This document shows, piece after piece, positions 1-9,029 of a stretch of 24,000 nucleotides of DNA. The notes below the pieces were generated by a model. That model did no database searches, was not told where the DNA came from, and saw only the letters and a program-made list of their open reading frames with translations. The first letter of the stretch is position 1. Each line of letters starts with the position of its first letter. The DNA is taken from the NCBI GenBank assembly GCA_963783235.1, contig CAWAMN010000002.1, positions 1,462,181 to 1,486,180 on the forward strand. The letters run 5' to 3'. The position numbers were made by a program, and so were the translations under genes. Origin of the DNA: an uncultured Gammaproteobacteria bacterium. Its GTDB lineage: Bacteria > Pseudomonadota > Gammaproteobacteria > Thiohalomonadales > Thiohalomonadaceae.

Positions 1-501
1 GTCACCATAATCGACCTGTTGGTCCGTGGCGGTATCGAGGTGGTTACCGCCGGTCTGGAAGAGGGGCCCGTGAAGGCCTCCCGGGGCGTCACACTGCTCC
101 CGGACACCACGCTGGATGATGCGCTCGGGCGCGAATTCGACATGGTCGTGCTACCCGGCGGCGGTCCCGGGGCCGAACGACTCGACAGGGACCCCCGCAT
201 CGGTGAACTGCTGAAGAAGATGGCCGCCAAGGGCAAGTACACCGCTGCGATCTGCGCCGCTCCCAAGGTCCTCGCCAATGCGGGCCTGCTGACCGGCAAG
301 ACCGCTACCAGCTTTCCCGGCTTTGTCGACAAGATGGAGGTCCCCAATCTCACCTATGTCGAGGACCCCGTCGTCCAGGACGGCATGGTGATAACCTCCC
401 GCGGACCCGGCACCGCCATGGACTTCGCCCTTCACCTCATCCAACAGCTCGCCGGCAAGGCCAAGCGCGACGAAGTTGAAGCCACCCTCCAGCGGCCTTG
501 A
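1..501 (+). CDS. yajL: DJ-1/PfpI family protein (YajL-like), 5' end cut by window edge
   Basis: Frame 1 is open from base 1 (VTIIDLLVRGG...) to the stop at 499-501. It tracks E. coli YajL: TTIDLLVRGGI, VLPGG, nucleophile-elbow AAICAAP, SRGPGTAMDFAL. Confidence 0.85.
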   Translation, partial: VTIIDLLVRGGIEVVTAGLEEGPVKASRGVTLLPDTTLDDALGREFDMVVLPGGGPGAERLDRDPRIGELLKKMAAKGKYTAAICAAPKVLANAGLLTGKTATSFPGFVDKMEVPNLTYVEDPVVQDGMVITSRGPGTAMDFALHLIQQLAGKAKRDEVEATLQRP

Positions 502-602
502 AGGATCAGCCGTAGAGGACACCGGGAGGGTTACCACTCCGCCGGCGGTGATTGGGCGCGTAGGAGCGGCGCGTCGCCGCGATGCCCCCCCTCAAAGTCC
601 AA

Positions 603-624
603 GGAAAATCGCCCCGCGCGGGGC
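603..624 (-). terminator. Candidate rho-independent terminator after dctM
   Basis: A perfect 14-nt GC palindrome GCCCCGCGCGGGGC (611-624) lies 2 nt after the dctM stop (627-629). On the minus strand it is followed by GATTTTCCTT. Confidence 0.5.
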
Positions 625-626
625 TC

Positions 627-1913
627 CTACGACCTGAATGCCAGATCCCGCAGGAACAGCGCGATGTCGGGAAAGACGATGAGCAGGGCGCTGGCGATCA
701 GCAGCATGAAGATAAACGGTGGTGTGCCTCGGATGATCTCCAGGTAGGGGCGCCGGAAGATGGCCATGGCGGTGAAGATGTCGCAGCCAAACGGCGGGGT
801 GGCGGAGCCGATGGCCGCCTGCAGCGTCACCAGCGTACCCACCAGGACCGGGTCGATTCCGGCCCGGTCAATCACCGGAGCGAAGATTGGGGTCAGGATG
901 AGGATCACCACGATGGGGTCGACGAACATGCAGCCGACAAAGAAGGCGACGGCGATGATGGCCAACACCATTTGCGGATTGCCGGCCGCCTCGGTGAGCA
1001 GACCTCCCAGGAGCTGATCGGGGATCTGGGCGAATGAAATCGTCCAGGAGAACGCCGTACCGGCCGCTACCAGAATGAAGACCACGGCGGTAATCAGGCC
1101 GGTGGAGAGCGCCAGAGAAGGCAGTTCCTGGAAGGCCACCGCGCGGAAGACCAAAAGCTCCAGAATCAGCGCATAAGCCACCGATACCGCCGCGGCCTCC
1201 GTGGGGCTGAACATCCCGCTGTAGATGCCACCGATGATAATCACCGGAAAGCCCAGGGGCAGAGCCGCTTTTCTCACTGCCTGCCAGCGCAGGCTCCAGT
1301 CGGCACGCGGCTGGACCGGCACCCCCTGGATCCGCGACACGACATAGGCATAGATCGAGAACAGCACGAGAATCAGCAGCCCGGGTCCGATGCCGGCGAT
1401 GAACAGCTCCCCCACCGAGGTGCCCGAGACCACGCCATAGATAATCATGCCGATGCTCGGCGGGATGAGCAGGGCAATATCGGAGGCGTTGATGATCAGG
1501 GCGATGGCAAAACTGTCCCGATAGCCGGCCTCCAGCAGTTTGGGGCGAAGCGGCCCGCCCATGGCAACCACCGTCGCCTGCGTCGAGCCGGAAACGGCGC
1601 CGAACAGCGTACAGGAGAGCGCCGTGGTAATCGGCAGGCCGCCGCGCACGTGGCCCACGAAACGCATCACCAGGTCCAGCAGCCGGTCTGCCGTATGGCC
1701 CTTGGTCATGATGTCGGCGGCGAAGATGAACATCGGCACGGCCGTGAGCACCGATGGACTCACACCCCCAATCATCTGTTGAATGAGAATGGCCGGGTCG
1801 GTGTAGGGGAAATACACCCACATCAGCGCCAAGGCGGCGGCAATGAGCGGCACCATCATGGGGAATCCCATGAAAAGAAGCACAATCATCACCGCAAATA
1901 CCAGGGCGACCAT
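627..1913 (-). CDS. dctM: TRAP transporter large permease subunit (DctM family)
   Basis: 428 aa and highly hydrophobic, with a DctM-like multi-TM pattern. Its ATG overlaps the dctQ TGA by 1 nt (TGATG at 1911-1915). Confidence 0.9.
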   Translation of the reverse strand: MVALVFAVMIVLLFMGFPMMVPLIAAALALMWVYFPYTDPAILIQQMIGGVSPSVLTAVPMFIFAADIMTKGHTADRLLDLVMRFVGHVRGGLPITTALSCTLFGAVSGSTQATVVAMGGPLRPKLLEAGYRDSFAIALIINASDIALLIPPSIGMIIYGVVSGTSVGELFIAGIGPGLLILVLFSIYAYVVSRIQGVPVQPRADWSLRWQAVRKAALPLGFPVIIIGGIYSGMFSPTEAAAVSVAYALILELLVFRAVAFQELPSLALSTGLITAVVFILVAAGTAFSWTISFAQIPDQLLGGLLTEAAGNPQMVLAIIAVAFFVGCMFVDPIVVILILTPIFAPVIDRAGIDPVLVGTLVTLQAAIGSATPPFGCDIFTAMAIFRRPYLEIIRGTPPFIFMLLIASALLIVFPDIALFLRDLAFRS

Positions 1914-2467
1914 CAGGTTTCCCCCCCGGTCGGCGCTTCGTAAGCCTCTTTTTGCTGAAAGGAGAGGTGCACACCCGGTGTGGTGAGATTGCGCCAGGCG
2001 GCCAGCAGGTATTGAATCCCGCCGACGATAAAGCCGATCGGAACCCAGAGGTAAATCAGGTAGAGCGGCAGCCGCAGGGCCGGCGTGACGCTCCCCACCC
2101 GGTAGACGTCAGCCACGTACTGGACCGCATACCAGGCAAGTACCATGAGCAGAATCCCGGTGCCGAGCGAGACGATAACCATCAATGCCTTTCGCGCCCG
2201 GCCTTTTAACTGGTCGTAAACAGCCGACATGCGAATGTGGCGCGCGTGGCGGACCCCGTAGCCGATCCCCAGGAAGGTAATCAGCACCATCAGGATCTGA
2301 TTGATCTCCTCGGCGAAGCTGAAGCTGTGGCCGAACAGATTACGCGCGCCGACATTGGTAATGCTGACGGCGGCCATCAGCAGAATGCTGGCACTCAGTA
2401 CCAGCCGTTCAAAGGCCTCCAGCAGGCGATCGGCTTTGGTGATCAGGGGCAAAAGACGGTTCGTCAC
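1913..2467 (-). CDS. dctQ: TRAP transporter small permease subunit (DctQ family)
   Basis: 184 aa with a DctQ-like 4-TM layout, sitting directly upstream of and overlapping dctM. Confidence 0.85.
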   Translation of the reverse strand: MTNRLLPLITKADRLLEAFERLVLSASILLMAAVSITNVGARNLFGHSFSFAEEINQILMVLITFLGIGYGVRHARHIRMSAVYDQLKGRARKALMVIVSLGTGILLMVLAWYAVQYVADVYRVGSVTPALRLPLYLIYLWVPIGFIVGGIQYLLAAWRNLTTPGVHLSFQQKEAYEAPTGGET

Positions 2468-2603
2468 GGGAACATCTGCGTTCGGAAACGGCCTACAGGA
2501 TAGCGGGCCGGTGTCGCGATTTCACGAAAAGCGGCTGGCCAATTTCTGTGTTAGGGTGAAATGTAGCCCGATTTGTCTTTATTGAACAAGGAATTGCCCA
2601 CCC

Positions 2604-3614
2604 ATGCGACGACTTTTCCTGCTCTTCACCCTGGTGATTTTGGTTAGTGGCTGTTCCAGCGAGCCGCAGATCCGCGAGTGGCGTTTCGCTCTGGAAGAGA
2701 TCCAGGGCAGCGTGCAGGATGCCTATGCCCAGCGCTTCAAGGAGCTGATCGAGCAGCGCAGCGACGGGCGGATCAAGGTCAGCGTTTACCCCTATGGCGC
2801 CCTTGGCTCTTCGGCCCAGCTTACCGAACTGGTGCAAAACGGCGCCGTGCAGTTCGCTTTTGCCTCCCCCGGCCATTTGGGGTCGGTGGTTCCCGAGGTC
2901 CAGGTCTTTTCGCTGCATTTCCTGTTTTCCGATGATGAAGGGATCAATCAGCAGATCTTTACCGGCGATAGCGGCCTGAAGCGCCTGCTGGGCGAAGCCT
3001 ATCGGGAGAAAAACCTCGAATTGCTGAGCATCGTTCAGGAAGGCTCGATGGTCTGGACCGGCGACAGGCCGCTACGCAGCCCGGCGGACTTCGAGGGTTT
3101 CAAGGTGCGCACAATGGTATCGCCGCTGCTGGTAGAAGCGTACGAGGCCTATGGGGCCAGCCCGACGCCGATGCCCTACTCCGAGGTCTACAGCGGGCTT
3201 CAGCTCAACATGATCGATGGCCAGGTGAATCCGGTCTTCGCCATCGAGGAGATGAGTTTCTATGAGGTGCAGGAGGCGATGACCTTTGCCAACCACCTGC
3301 CGTTCGTCTCAACCCTGGTGACCAACCCGGGTTTCATGGCCGGACTCAGCAAGCCCGACCGGGCGTTGGTGGAATCCGTGAAAACCGAACTGGACGATTA
3401 CATCTTCGACCTGCAAAAGAGCTTCAACCGGGAGCGCCTGGAGACCATCCGCCAGGAGAGTGATATCGAGATGGTGGAGTTGACCGATGACGAGCGGGCC
3501 GTATTCCGGGAAGCTGCGATGCCCGTGCGCGACAGTTATGTGGAAAGCGTCGGCGAGCGTGGCCAGGCGATCCTGGACGCGGTTACCACCGCGCGGAGTC
3601 GCCTGGAGCAGTAG
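2604..3614 (+). CDS. dctP: TRAP transporter substrate-binding protein (DctP family), predicted lipoprotein
   Basis: 336 aa with DctP-type solute-binding sequence (YPYGALGSS, NGAVQFAF, VRTMVSPL). The N-terminus MRRLFLLFTLVILVSGCSS carries a lipobox (VSG-C). The gene is divergent from dctQM. Confidence 0.9.
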   Translation: MRRLFLLFTLVILVSGCSSEPQIREWRFALEEIQGSVQDAYAQRFKELIEQRSDGRIKVSVYPYGALGSSAQLTELVQNGAVQFAFASPGHLGSVVPEVQVFSLHFLFSDDEGINQQIFTGDSGLKRLLGEAYREKNLELLSIVQEGSMVWTGDRPLRSPADFEGFKVRTMVSPLLVEAYEAYGASPTPMPYSEVYSGLQLNMIDGQVNPVFAIEEMSFYEVQEAMTFANHLPFVSTLVTNPGFMAGLSKPDRALVESVKTELDDYIFDLQKSFNRERLETIRQESDIEMVELTDDERAVFREAAMPVRDSYVESVGERGQAILDAVTTARSRLEQ

Positions 3615-3751
3615 AACGGGCGACCGATTCCCGAAGGGAGTGGCTTTTTGTCACGATGGGGTCGCCCACGATCGTTGGCTGGAAGCCGCTCCTTCGTGAA
3701 GGGAACTCACGGGGGAGCTCCCTCGGTGGTGCGGCATTCGTCGTGAAACCA

Positions 3752-5830
3752 TCAATCCCCGGCCATTTCATGGAAGGCCATGATCCCGCTACGTCCCCGT
3801 TGCTTGACCGCGTACATGGCCCGGTCGGCATGTCTCATCAGGGTGGCAGCAGCGTCGCCATCGTAGGGAAAGGCGGCGATACCGATGGAGGCGGAGGTGG
3901 AGATGTTCTTGTCCTTGACCGTGAATGGATGGTCCAGGGCAGTGAGGATCTTTTCCGCCACGCGCGTCGCCGCTTCAGGCTCATGGAGCCGGGTGACGAT
4001 CACCGTGAACTCATCGCCCCCGATCCGCGCAACGGTGTCGCTCTGTCGAACGCAACTGCGTAGACGATCGGCGACCTGCCGCAGCAGGTCATCGCCGGCA
4101 TCGTGGCCCAGGGTGTCGTTGACCTCCTTGAAACCATCCAGGTCCATGAACAACAGTGCGAAGCGGTCCTGTTCGCGTTTGGCGTGATGGAGTCGATGCT
4201 CGAGCCGATCGAGAAAGAGGTGGCGATTCACCAGTCCGGTGAGCTCGTCATAGTTGGCTTGGCGCCAAATCTGCCCTTCCAGGCGTTTGCGCTCCGTGAT
4301 GTCCTCCTTGACCGCCACAAAGTGCGTGATGGCTCCGGTCTGATCGGTAATCGGTGCAATGGAAGCCTCTTCCCAAAACACCTCGCCATTTTTTCGCCGA
4401 TTGCGGAATTCGCCATGCCAGACCTGCCCCCTGGTTAAGGTATCCCACATCGCCTCATAGGTTTCTGCTGGCGTCTCCCCGGACTGGAGAAGGCGCGGGT
4501 TTTCACCCATCACCTCTTCGGCGGTATAGCCGGTCGTCTCCTGGAAGCGGGTGTTCACATACTCGATATGGCCCCCTGCATCGGTGATTATGACCGACTC
4601 GGGGCTGTGCTCTACCGCCTGCGACAGCTTGCGAAGCTGCTGTTCGGAAGCCTGGCGCAAAGAGATATCCGCGAAGGTGACCACGGCCCCCAGCACTTCG
4701 CCTGCGTGGCGAATCGGATGAGCACGGTACTCGACATCGAAGGGCTGACCGTCCGCTCTCCAGAAGGTTGCATCCTCCACATGGGCCGCCTGACCCGTTC
4801 GATACGCGACCTCCAGGGGGCAGTCGGTACTGTGTTGCGGCGCCGAACCTCGCCAAATGCCGTGTACCAGCCCATGTACGTCCCGGCCCAATATCTGGTC
4901 GGCCCGCGCCAGTCCGAACAGCTGGAGGGCGGTGGGATTGCAGAACGTGCAGCGCCCCCGGGCGTCGACGCCGTAGATGCCCTCCCCTGAGGATTCGAGC
5001 AGGAGCCGTAATCGGTGTTCGGTCTGCTCATGTTCGTCGACCTCCTCCCTCAATTCTCGGGTCCGCACCTGCACAAGCACATCCTGCTCCTCCTTGGCCC
5101 TTTTCAGGGAGAGCATCTGTACCCGCAGCCGGGAGAGTCCCAAAACCGTGAGAAGGGAGAGCAGCAACCAAACGCCCGCGTGGGTGGCGGCGATTCGACT
5201 TTGCTGTGCCCGCGTTTCGGCCAATAGCGCTCCCACTGGCAGCGACACACTGATGCCGCCCCGGATGTCGCCGACTTCGTAACCCTGGTGTTCATGGCAC
5301 TTGAGGCAGGGTTTCCCGGTGACCAGGGGTGCCATGTACCGGAATGTATTCGTCTCGGGGGTGCCCGCAAACTGCGTTGCGCTTCTTGTCCCGTCCTCGA
5401 AGCCCTTGAGTGCCTTCGCCTCCCAGCCGTCCGGTCCGTTGTCGGGGTTGAGCGGTTTCAGGCTGGTCAGACCCACCTCCAAATCGCCGCTCTCTTCAGC
5501 GACCACCCCGGCGATCTGGCGGGTCATGTAGGCCGGATTGATGAGTGTCAGCGGCGTGCCCGAAGGGGTTTCGATGTCCCGTTCGGGGACGTCCAGGTGC
5601 GGATTGGGCGGTGTCGATTCGGTGATGGGTGCGTAGACGCCGCCGTGACGGGCATTCCACAGCCGTACCGACTCGATCATCTTGACCACGAACTGGGCGC
5701 GGCTGAGGGCGAGGGCTTCAGCGTGGTGACTGAGTTCCCGCGAATTCCAGCTCAGTGAGGCGGCGACCAGGGCCGTCCAGAAGATGATGGGGACCAGCCA
5801 GAATTTGCGGTCGAGAATGAGGCGTTTCAT
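3752..5830 (-). CDS. Membrane sensor diguanylate cyclase: DUF3365-type heme-c domain, two PAS domains, GGDEF domain
   Basis: 692 aa. An N-terminal TM is followed by a periplasmic region with CxxCH (CLKCH, nt 5294-5308) and GDIRGGISVS, as in Tll0287/DUF3365 sensors. A second TM and coiled coil precede two PAS-like segments. GGDEF sits at nt 4007-4021, preceded by an RxxD I-site (RQSD). Confidence 0.9.
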   Translation of the reverse strand: MKRLILDRKFWLVPIIFWTALVAASLSWNSRELSHHAEALALSRAQFVVKMIESVRLWNARHGGVYAPITESTPPNPHLDVPERDIETPSGTPLTLINPAYMTRQIAGVVAEESGDLEVGLTSLKPLNPDNGPDGWEAKALKGFEDGTRSATQFAGTPETNTFRYMAPLVTGKPCLKCHEHQGYEVGDIRGGISVSLPVGALLAETRAQQSRIAATHAGVWLLLSLLTVLGLSRLRVQMLSLKRAKEEQDVLVQVRTRELREEVDEHEQTEHRLRLLLESSGEGIYGVDARGRCTFCNPTALQLFGLARADQILGRDVHGLVHGIWRGSAPQHSTDCPLEVAYRTGQAAHVEDATFWRADGQPFDVEYRAHPIRHAGEVLGAVVTFADISLRQASEQQLRKLSQAVEHSPESVIITDAGGHIEYVNTRFQETTGYTAEEVMGENPRLLQSGETPAETYEAMWDTLTRGQVWHGEFRNRRKNGEVFWEEASIAPITDQTGAITHFVAVKEDITERKRLEGQIWRQANYDELTGLVNRHLFLDRLEHRLHHAKREQDRFALLFMDLDGFKEVNDTLGHDAGDDLLRQVADRLRSCVRQSDTVARIGGDEFTVIVTRLHEPEAATRVAEKILTALDHPFTVKDKNISTSASIGIAAFPYDGDAAATLMRHADRAMYAVKQRGRSGIMAFHEMAGD

Positions 5831-5880
5831 AGTCCCGCGGGAGAACGGGCGGCCGAAAGCGGTCCGCCCCTGAATTCTAA

Positions 5881-5899
5881 CCCCGCATCAATCGCGGGG
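5881..5899 (-). terminator. Candidate terminator hairpin downstream of ubiB
   Basis: On the minus strand, 5 nt after the ubiB TGA, the sequence reads CCCCGC-gattgat-GCGGGG followed by TTAGAATT. A second strong hairpin (5847-5869, GGGCGG(a)CCG-cttt-CGGCCGCCC) follows. Confidence 0.4.
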
Positions 5900-5904
5900 C
5901 GAGT

Positions 5905-7560
5905 TCAGTCGCTATCGAGCCAGAGATAGAGCCAAACCAGCCCGCCGGACAGGCCCAGGGCCCAGCTGGCAACGGGCACTCCGGCGAGCATGGTGGGTGC
6001 GTAGCCATCCAGCGCTTTAATCAGCGCGGCGCCGAGTACCAGTGTGCCGCCCAGCACGGCCGTCACGGTGCGTCGATTGGCTCGTCGGATCTCCTCGCGG
6101 ATCCGTTGCAGCTCTTCGGGGTTGGTGTTGATCTGAATCCTTCCATCGCGTGCCCGCTGCAGGGTGTCGTGAATGAGCAGCGGCAGTTCCGGTATTTTTT
6201 CACCCCATTGCGGCGCCGCATCCTTGAGGCGGTTGGCAAAGGCCCGAACACCGAGCTGCTCGCTCATCCAGCGTTCAAGGAACGGCTTGGCTGTTTGCCA
6301 GAGGTCCAGATCGGGGTAGAGCTGACGTCCCAAACCCTCGATGTTCAGGAGTGTCTTCTGCAGCAGCACCAGCTGAGGCTGAACCTCCATATTGAATCGC
6401 CGCGCTGTCTGGAAAAGGTTCAGCAGGAGCTGCCCGAAGGAAATCTCCGAGAAGGGCCGTTCAAAAATCGGTTCGCAAACCGTGCGGATGGCCGCCTGGA
6501 ATTCGTCCACCCGGGTCTCCTTCGGCACCCAGCCCGACTCCACGTGCAACTGGGCCACGCGGTGGTAATCGCGGCGGAAGAAGGCGATGAAATTCTCGGC
6601 AAGGTAACGCTTGTCTTCGTTCGAAAGTGTACCGACGATCCCGAAATCCACCGCGATATACTGACCATCGTGGCTAACGAAGATATTTCCCGGGTGCATA
6701 TCGGCGTGGAAGAAATTGTGACGGAATACCTGGGTGAAGAAGATCTCCACGCCCCGTTCCGCCAGCGCCTTGAAGTCGATACCCGCCGCGCGTAACTCAT
6801 CGATATGGCCGATGGGGATACCGTGGATCCGCTCCATCACCATCACGTTGCGGCGACTGAACTCCCAATGTATTTCAGGCACGTAGAGATCCGGCGACCC
6901 TGCAAAATTGCGATGCAGCTGCGAGGCATTGGCCGCCTCTCGCATCAGGTCGAGTTCGTCCCAGATGGTTTTCTCGAATTCCGCGACCACCTCGACCGGA
7001 CGCAGGCGCCGGCCCTCCCGCCAGTAGCGCTGAATGTTGGCTGCCAGGAGATACATCAGCCCCAGGTCGCGGCGGATCACCGGCGCGATATCGGGCCGCA
7101 GCACTTTGACCACCACGTCTGTGCCGTCGAGCAGTCGGGCGGCGTGGACCTGGGCGATGGAGGCGGAGGCGATCGGGGTTTCGTCGAATTCGGCGAAAAT
7201 CTGGTCGATGGGGCTGCGGTAGGCCGTCTCGATGATGTTCCGGGCGGACTCTCCGGGGAACGGCGGGACCCGATCCTGGAGTCGTTCGAGCTCCCGGGCG
7301 ATGTCGTCGGGGAGCAGGTCGCGGCGGGTGGAGAGGATCTGGCCGAATTTGACGAAGATGGGGCCCAGGTCTTCGAGGGCGCGGCGAATACGCACGCAGC
7401 GCGGCACGTCGCGCTCGCGCAGCAGCCGCCACCACATCAGGTAGCGAAGAAAGCGAATGGGCCGGAAAAGGTGGATGGACAGGAGCAGTTCGTCCAGTCC
7501 GTGTTTGGCCATGACCCAGCTGATGTAAAACAGACGCAACGCCTGTGATGGCCGAATCAC
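5905..7560 (-). CDS. ubiB: Ubiquinone biosynthesis regulatory protein kinase UbiB (ABC1/ADCK family)
   Basis: Typical UbiB sequence ([34 protein letters not shown]-terminal TM pair). The ORF track starts at TTG 7575. I prefer GTG 7560 because GAGGAAG lies 4-6 nt upstream. The start remains uncertain by 15 nt. Confidence 0.9.
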   Translation of the reverse strand: MIRPSQALRLFYISWVMAKHGLDELLLSIHLFRPIRFLRYLMWWRLLRERDVPRCVRIRRALEDLGPIFVKFGQILSTRRDLLPDDIARELERLQDRVPPFPGESARNIIETAYRSPIDQIFAEFDETPIASASIAQVHAARLLDGTDVVVKVLRPDIAPVIRRDLGLMYLLAANIQRYWREGRRLRPVEVVAEFEKTIWDELDLMREAANASQLHRNFAGSPDLYVPEIHWEFSRRNVMVMERIHGIPIGHIDELRAAGIDFKALAERGVEIFFTQVFRHNFFHADMHPGNIFVSHDGQYIAVDFGIVGTLSNEDKRYLAENFIAFFRRDYHRVAQLHVESGWVPKETRVDEFQAAIRTVCEPIFERPFSEISFGQLLLNLFQTARRFNMEVQPQLVLLQKTLLNIEGLGRQLYPDLDLWQTAKPFLERWMSEQLGVRAFANRLKDAAPQWGEKIPELPLLIHDTLQRARDGRIQINTNPEELQRIREEIRRANRRTVTAVLGGTLVLGAALIKALDGYAPTMLAGVPVASWALGLSGGLVWLYLWLDSD

Positions 7561-7883
7561 GGGGCTTCCTCGCAAAACTCAGGGTTGTTGGACGGCATGT
7601 CGGACTCGGTCAGAAACGCTCCGGCTTTGTACCGCAAAGCCCGCGCTAACGCAAAAGTCTCTGACCCTCAAAGGGATAATTGACTGCATAAAGACGCCTG
7701 AAGTCCCAAATTCCGACAGGCGCTCTGCGTGTTGGCGTCGGCCGCACGCCGCCAAGGAAGGCGGTGTTAGACAATGCAGGAGCACATTGTCGAGAAGTGT
7801 GGCCGTCGAGCCTGCAACGATGTCTTCACGGCGTTCGCAAAATCAATGGCTTGCACCTCGCTGCACGTAATCTGATTGGTGCT

Positions 7884-8495
7884 CTAGACGCCTTCCAGTT
7901 GCCGAATACGGGCCTCCAGCCGATCGACATCGGCCCGAACGGTATCCACCTGGTCCATGAAGTGGTCCACCTCGCCACGTCCAGGCAACACTTGCAGTTC
8001 CTCCTGGAGGTACTCGCCGGAATCACGGGCGAGTGTCTCGGAGGCGGTTCGGCCCCAGGATGCCAGCCCCCGCAAGGCGTTACCGATCTGGTGGGCGATG
8101 ATGTCACCGGTCAAGCGGGAAAGGTGCTCCTCCCAGTCGATCTCCAGGGCGTCGAGGATGTGTTTGAATCGCTGTCCCACCTCCACATTGCCTTCAATGA
8201 CGACGTCGCCGGCGAAAAGCCCCCGAGTGCCTCCCGCCCCCATGCGAAGCAGGGCGAGGGGACTGCCGCGAAGCGTGGTGTCCGGGTCGCCTTCGAAATG
8301 GCCCATCAGGCGCAGCCCTTCCCTGCCCGGCGCTGCGAACAGCGAGAGCCCAATGCCCCGTAACTCGATGGCGATCACCCGGCCCTCGAGCCGCGACAAC
8401 CGCCGTTCGGTATCCGGGTCCAGGGCGATGACCGCGTTGATGGCCCGCTCCAGTCCGACCAGAGCCGCCACGGGAATCATCGATGCGCTACTCAT
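7884..8495 (-). CDS. ubiJ: Ubiquinone biosynthesis accessory factor UbiJ (SCP2 lipid-binding domain)
   Basis: 203 aa with an SCP2-like N-terminal region and the amphipathic C-terminal helix typical of UbiJ/YigP, positioned between ubiE and ubiB. Its ATG overlaps the end of the RDD gene by 8 nt, with GGAGG 6 nt upstream. Confidence 0.8.
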   Translation of the reverse strand: MSSASMIPVAALVGLERAINAVIALDPDTERRLSRLEGRVIAIELRGIGLSLFAAPGREGLRLMGHFEGDPDTTLRGSPLALLRMGAGGTRGLFAGDVVIEGNVEVGQRFKHILDALEIDWEEHLSRLTGDIIAHQIGNALRGLASWGRTASETLARDSGEYLQEELQVLPGRGEVDHFMDQVDTVRADVDRLEARIRQLEGV

Positions 8496-8982
8496 AGGAC
8501 GCCTCCTTCACCAGTTTCTGCAGGGATTTACGTGCATCGCCGTTCGCTGCCCCAAAGCTGTCAATGACCACCGTACCGGCCAGCTTGTCGTGCAACCCCT
8601 GCCTGCGCCGGTCCCAGAGGATCCACAGGAAACCGAGCCCCAGAGTCAGCAGGGAGGCGAGATAGCCCAGGTATCGCAAGACAGCGCGCCCCGGACCGGG
8701 CGGCTTGCCGGTGGAGACCAAAACGACCCGGCAGTCCATCAGTTGTTTGCCCGGGGTGGCGCCGCTGTGAACCCAGAACCCCACCACGAGGAGCATCGGC
8801 AGCAGATCGTTCAGTGCAAAGCCAAGCCACTGGCGATCAGCGGTGACTTCGCCGAGATGGGAGAGTTCTCCGCCGGTCGATAGAAACAGAATGAGGGTAG
8901 TCGCCAGGAAGAACAGGATCGAGTCGGTCAGGACGGCCATGAGGCGTCTTCCGAAGCCCACGTATCCGCTGGATGAGTCCAT
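8488..8982 (-). CDS. RDD family membrane protein
   Basis: 164 aa with an N-terminal GFGRRLMAVLTDSILF motif, three hydrophobic segments and WDRRRQGLHDKLAGTVV, matching RDD-domain hallmarks. It is located inside the ubi cluster. Confidence 0.75.
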   Translation of the reverse strand: MDSSSGYVGFGRRLMAVLTDSILFFLATTLILFLSTGGELSHLGEVTADRQWLGFALNDLLPMLLVVGFWVHSGATPGKQLMDCRVVLVSTGKPPGPGRAVLRYLGYLASLLTLGLGFLWILWDRRRQGLHDKLAGTVVIDSFGAANGDARKSLQKLVKEASYE

Positions 8983-9029
8983 CTTCTAGCCCCGGGTGCT
9001 GCGCGACCTGGCAACGCAGACGGTTCTGG

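Noticed and set aside
868-1974. 368-aa minus-strand ORF overlapping dctM in another frame
   Set aside because: The translation is Arg/Gly/Pro/His-rich low-complexity sequence with no family resemblance. The dctM frame gives a convincing polytopic permease. This is a typical off-frame open run in GC-rich DNA.
3618-3667. 8-bp inverted repeat GGGCGACC ... GGTCGCCC between the convergent dctP and the diguanylate cyclase gene, with an internal TTTTT run
   Set aside because: The loop is 34 nt, and the only hairpin adjacent to the T-run is a 3-bp CCC-gaa-GGG stem. This is not a convincing intrinsic terminator on either strand.
7579-7785. 68-aa minus-strand ORF inside the ubiJ-ubiB spacer
   Set aside because: It has no SD and an odd composition, it runs through hairpin sequences, and it resembles nothing I recognise. 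I treat it as non-coding, though a small protein cannot be excluded without ribosome profiling.
7957-8883. 308-aa plus-strand ORF antisense to ubiJ and the RDD gene (also 7764-8363 and 6805-7548 antisense to ubiJ/ubiB)
   Set aside because: The translations are Ser/Arg/Pro-rich, and the regions are fully covered by well-supported minus-strand genes. There is no SD or homolog-like sequence.
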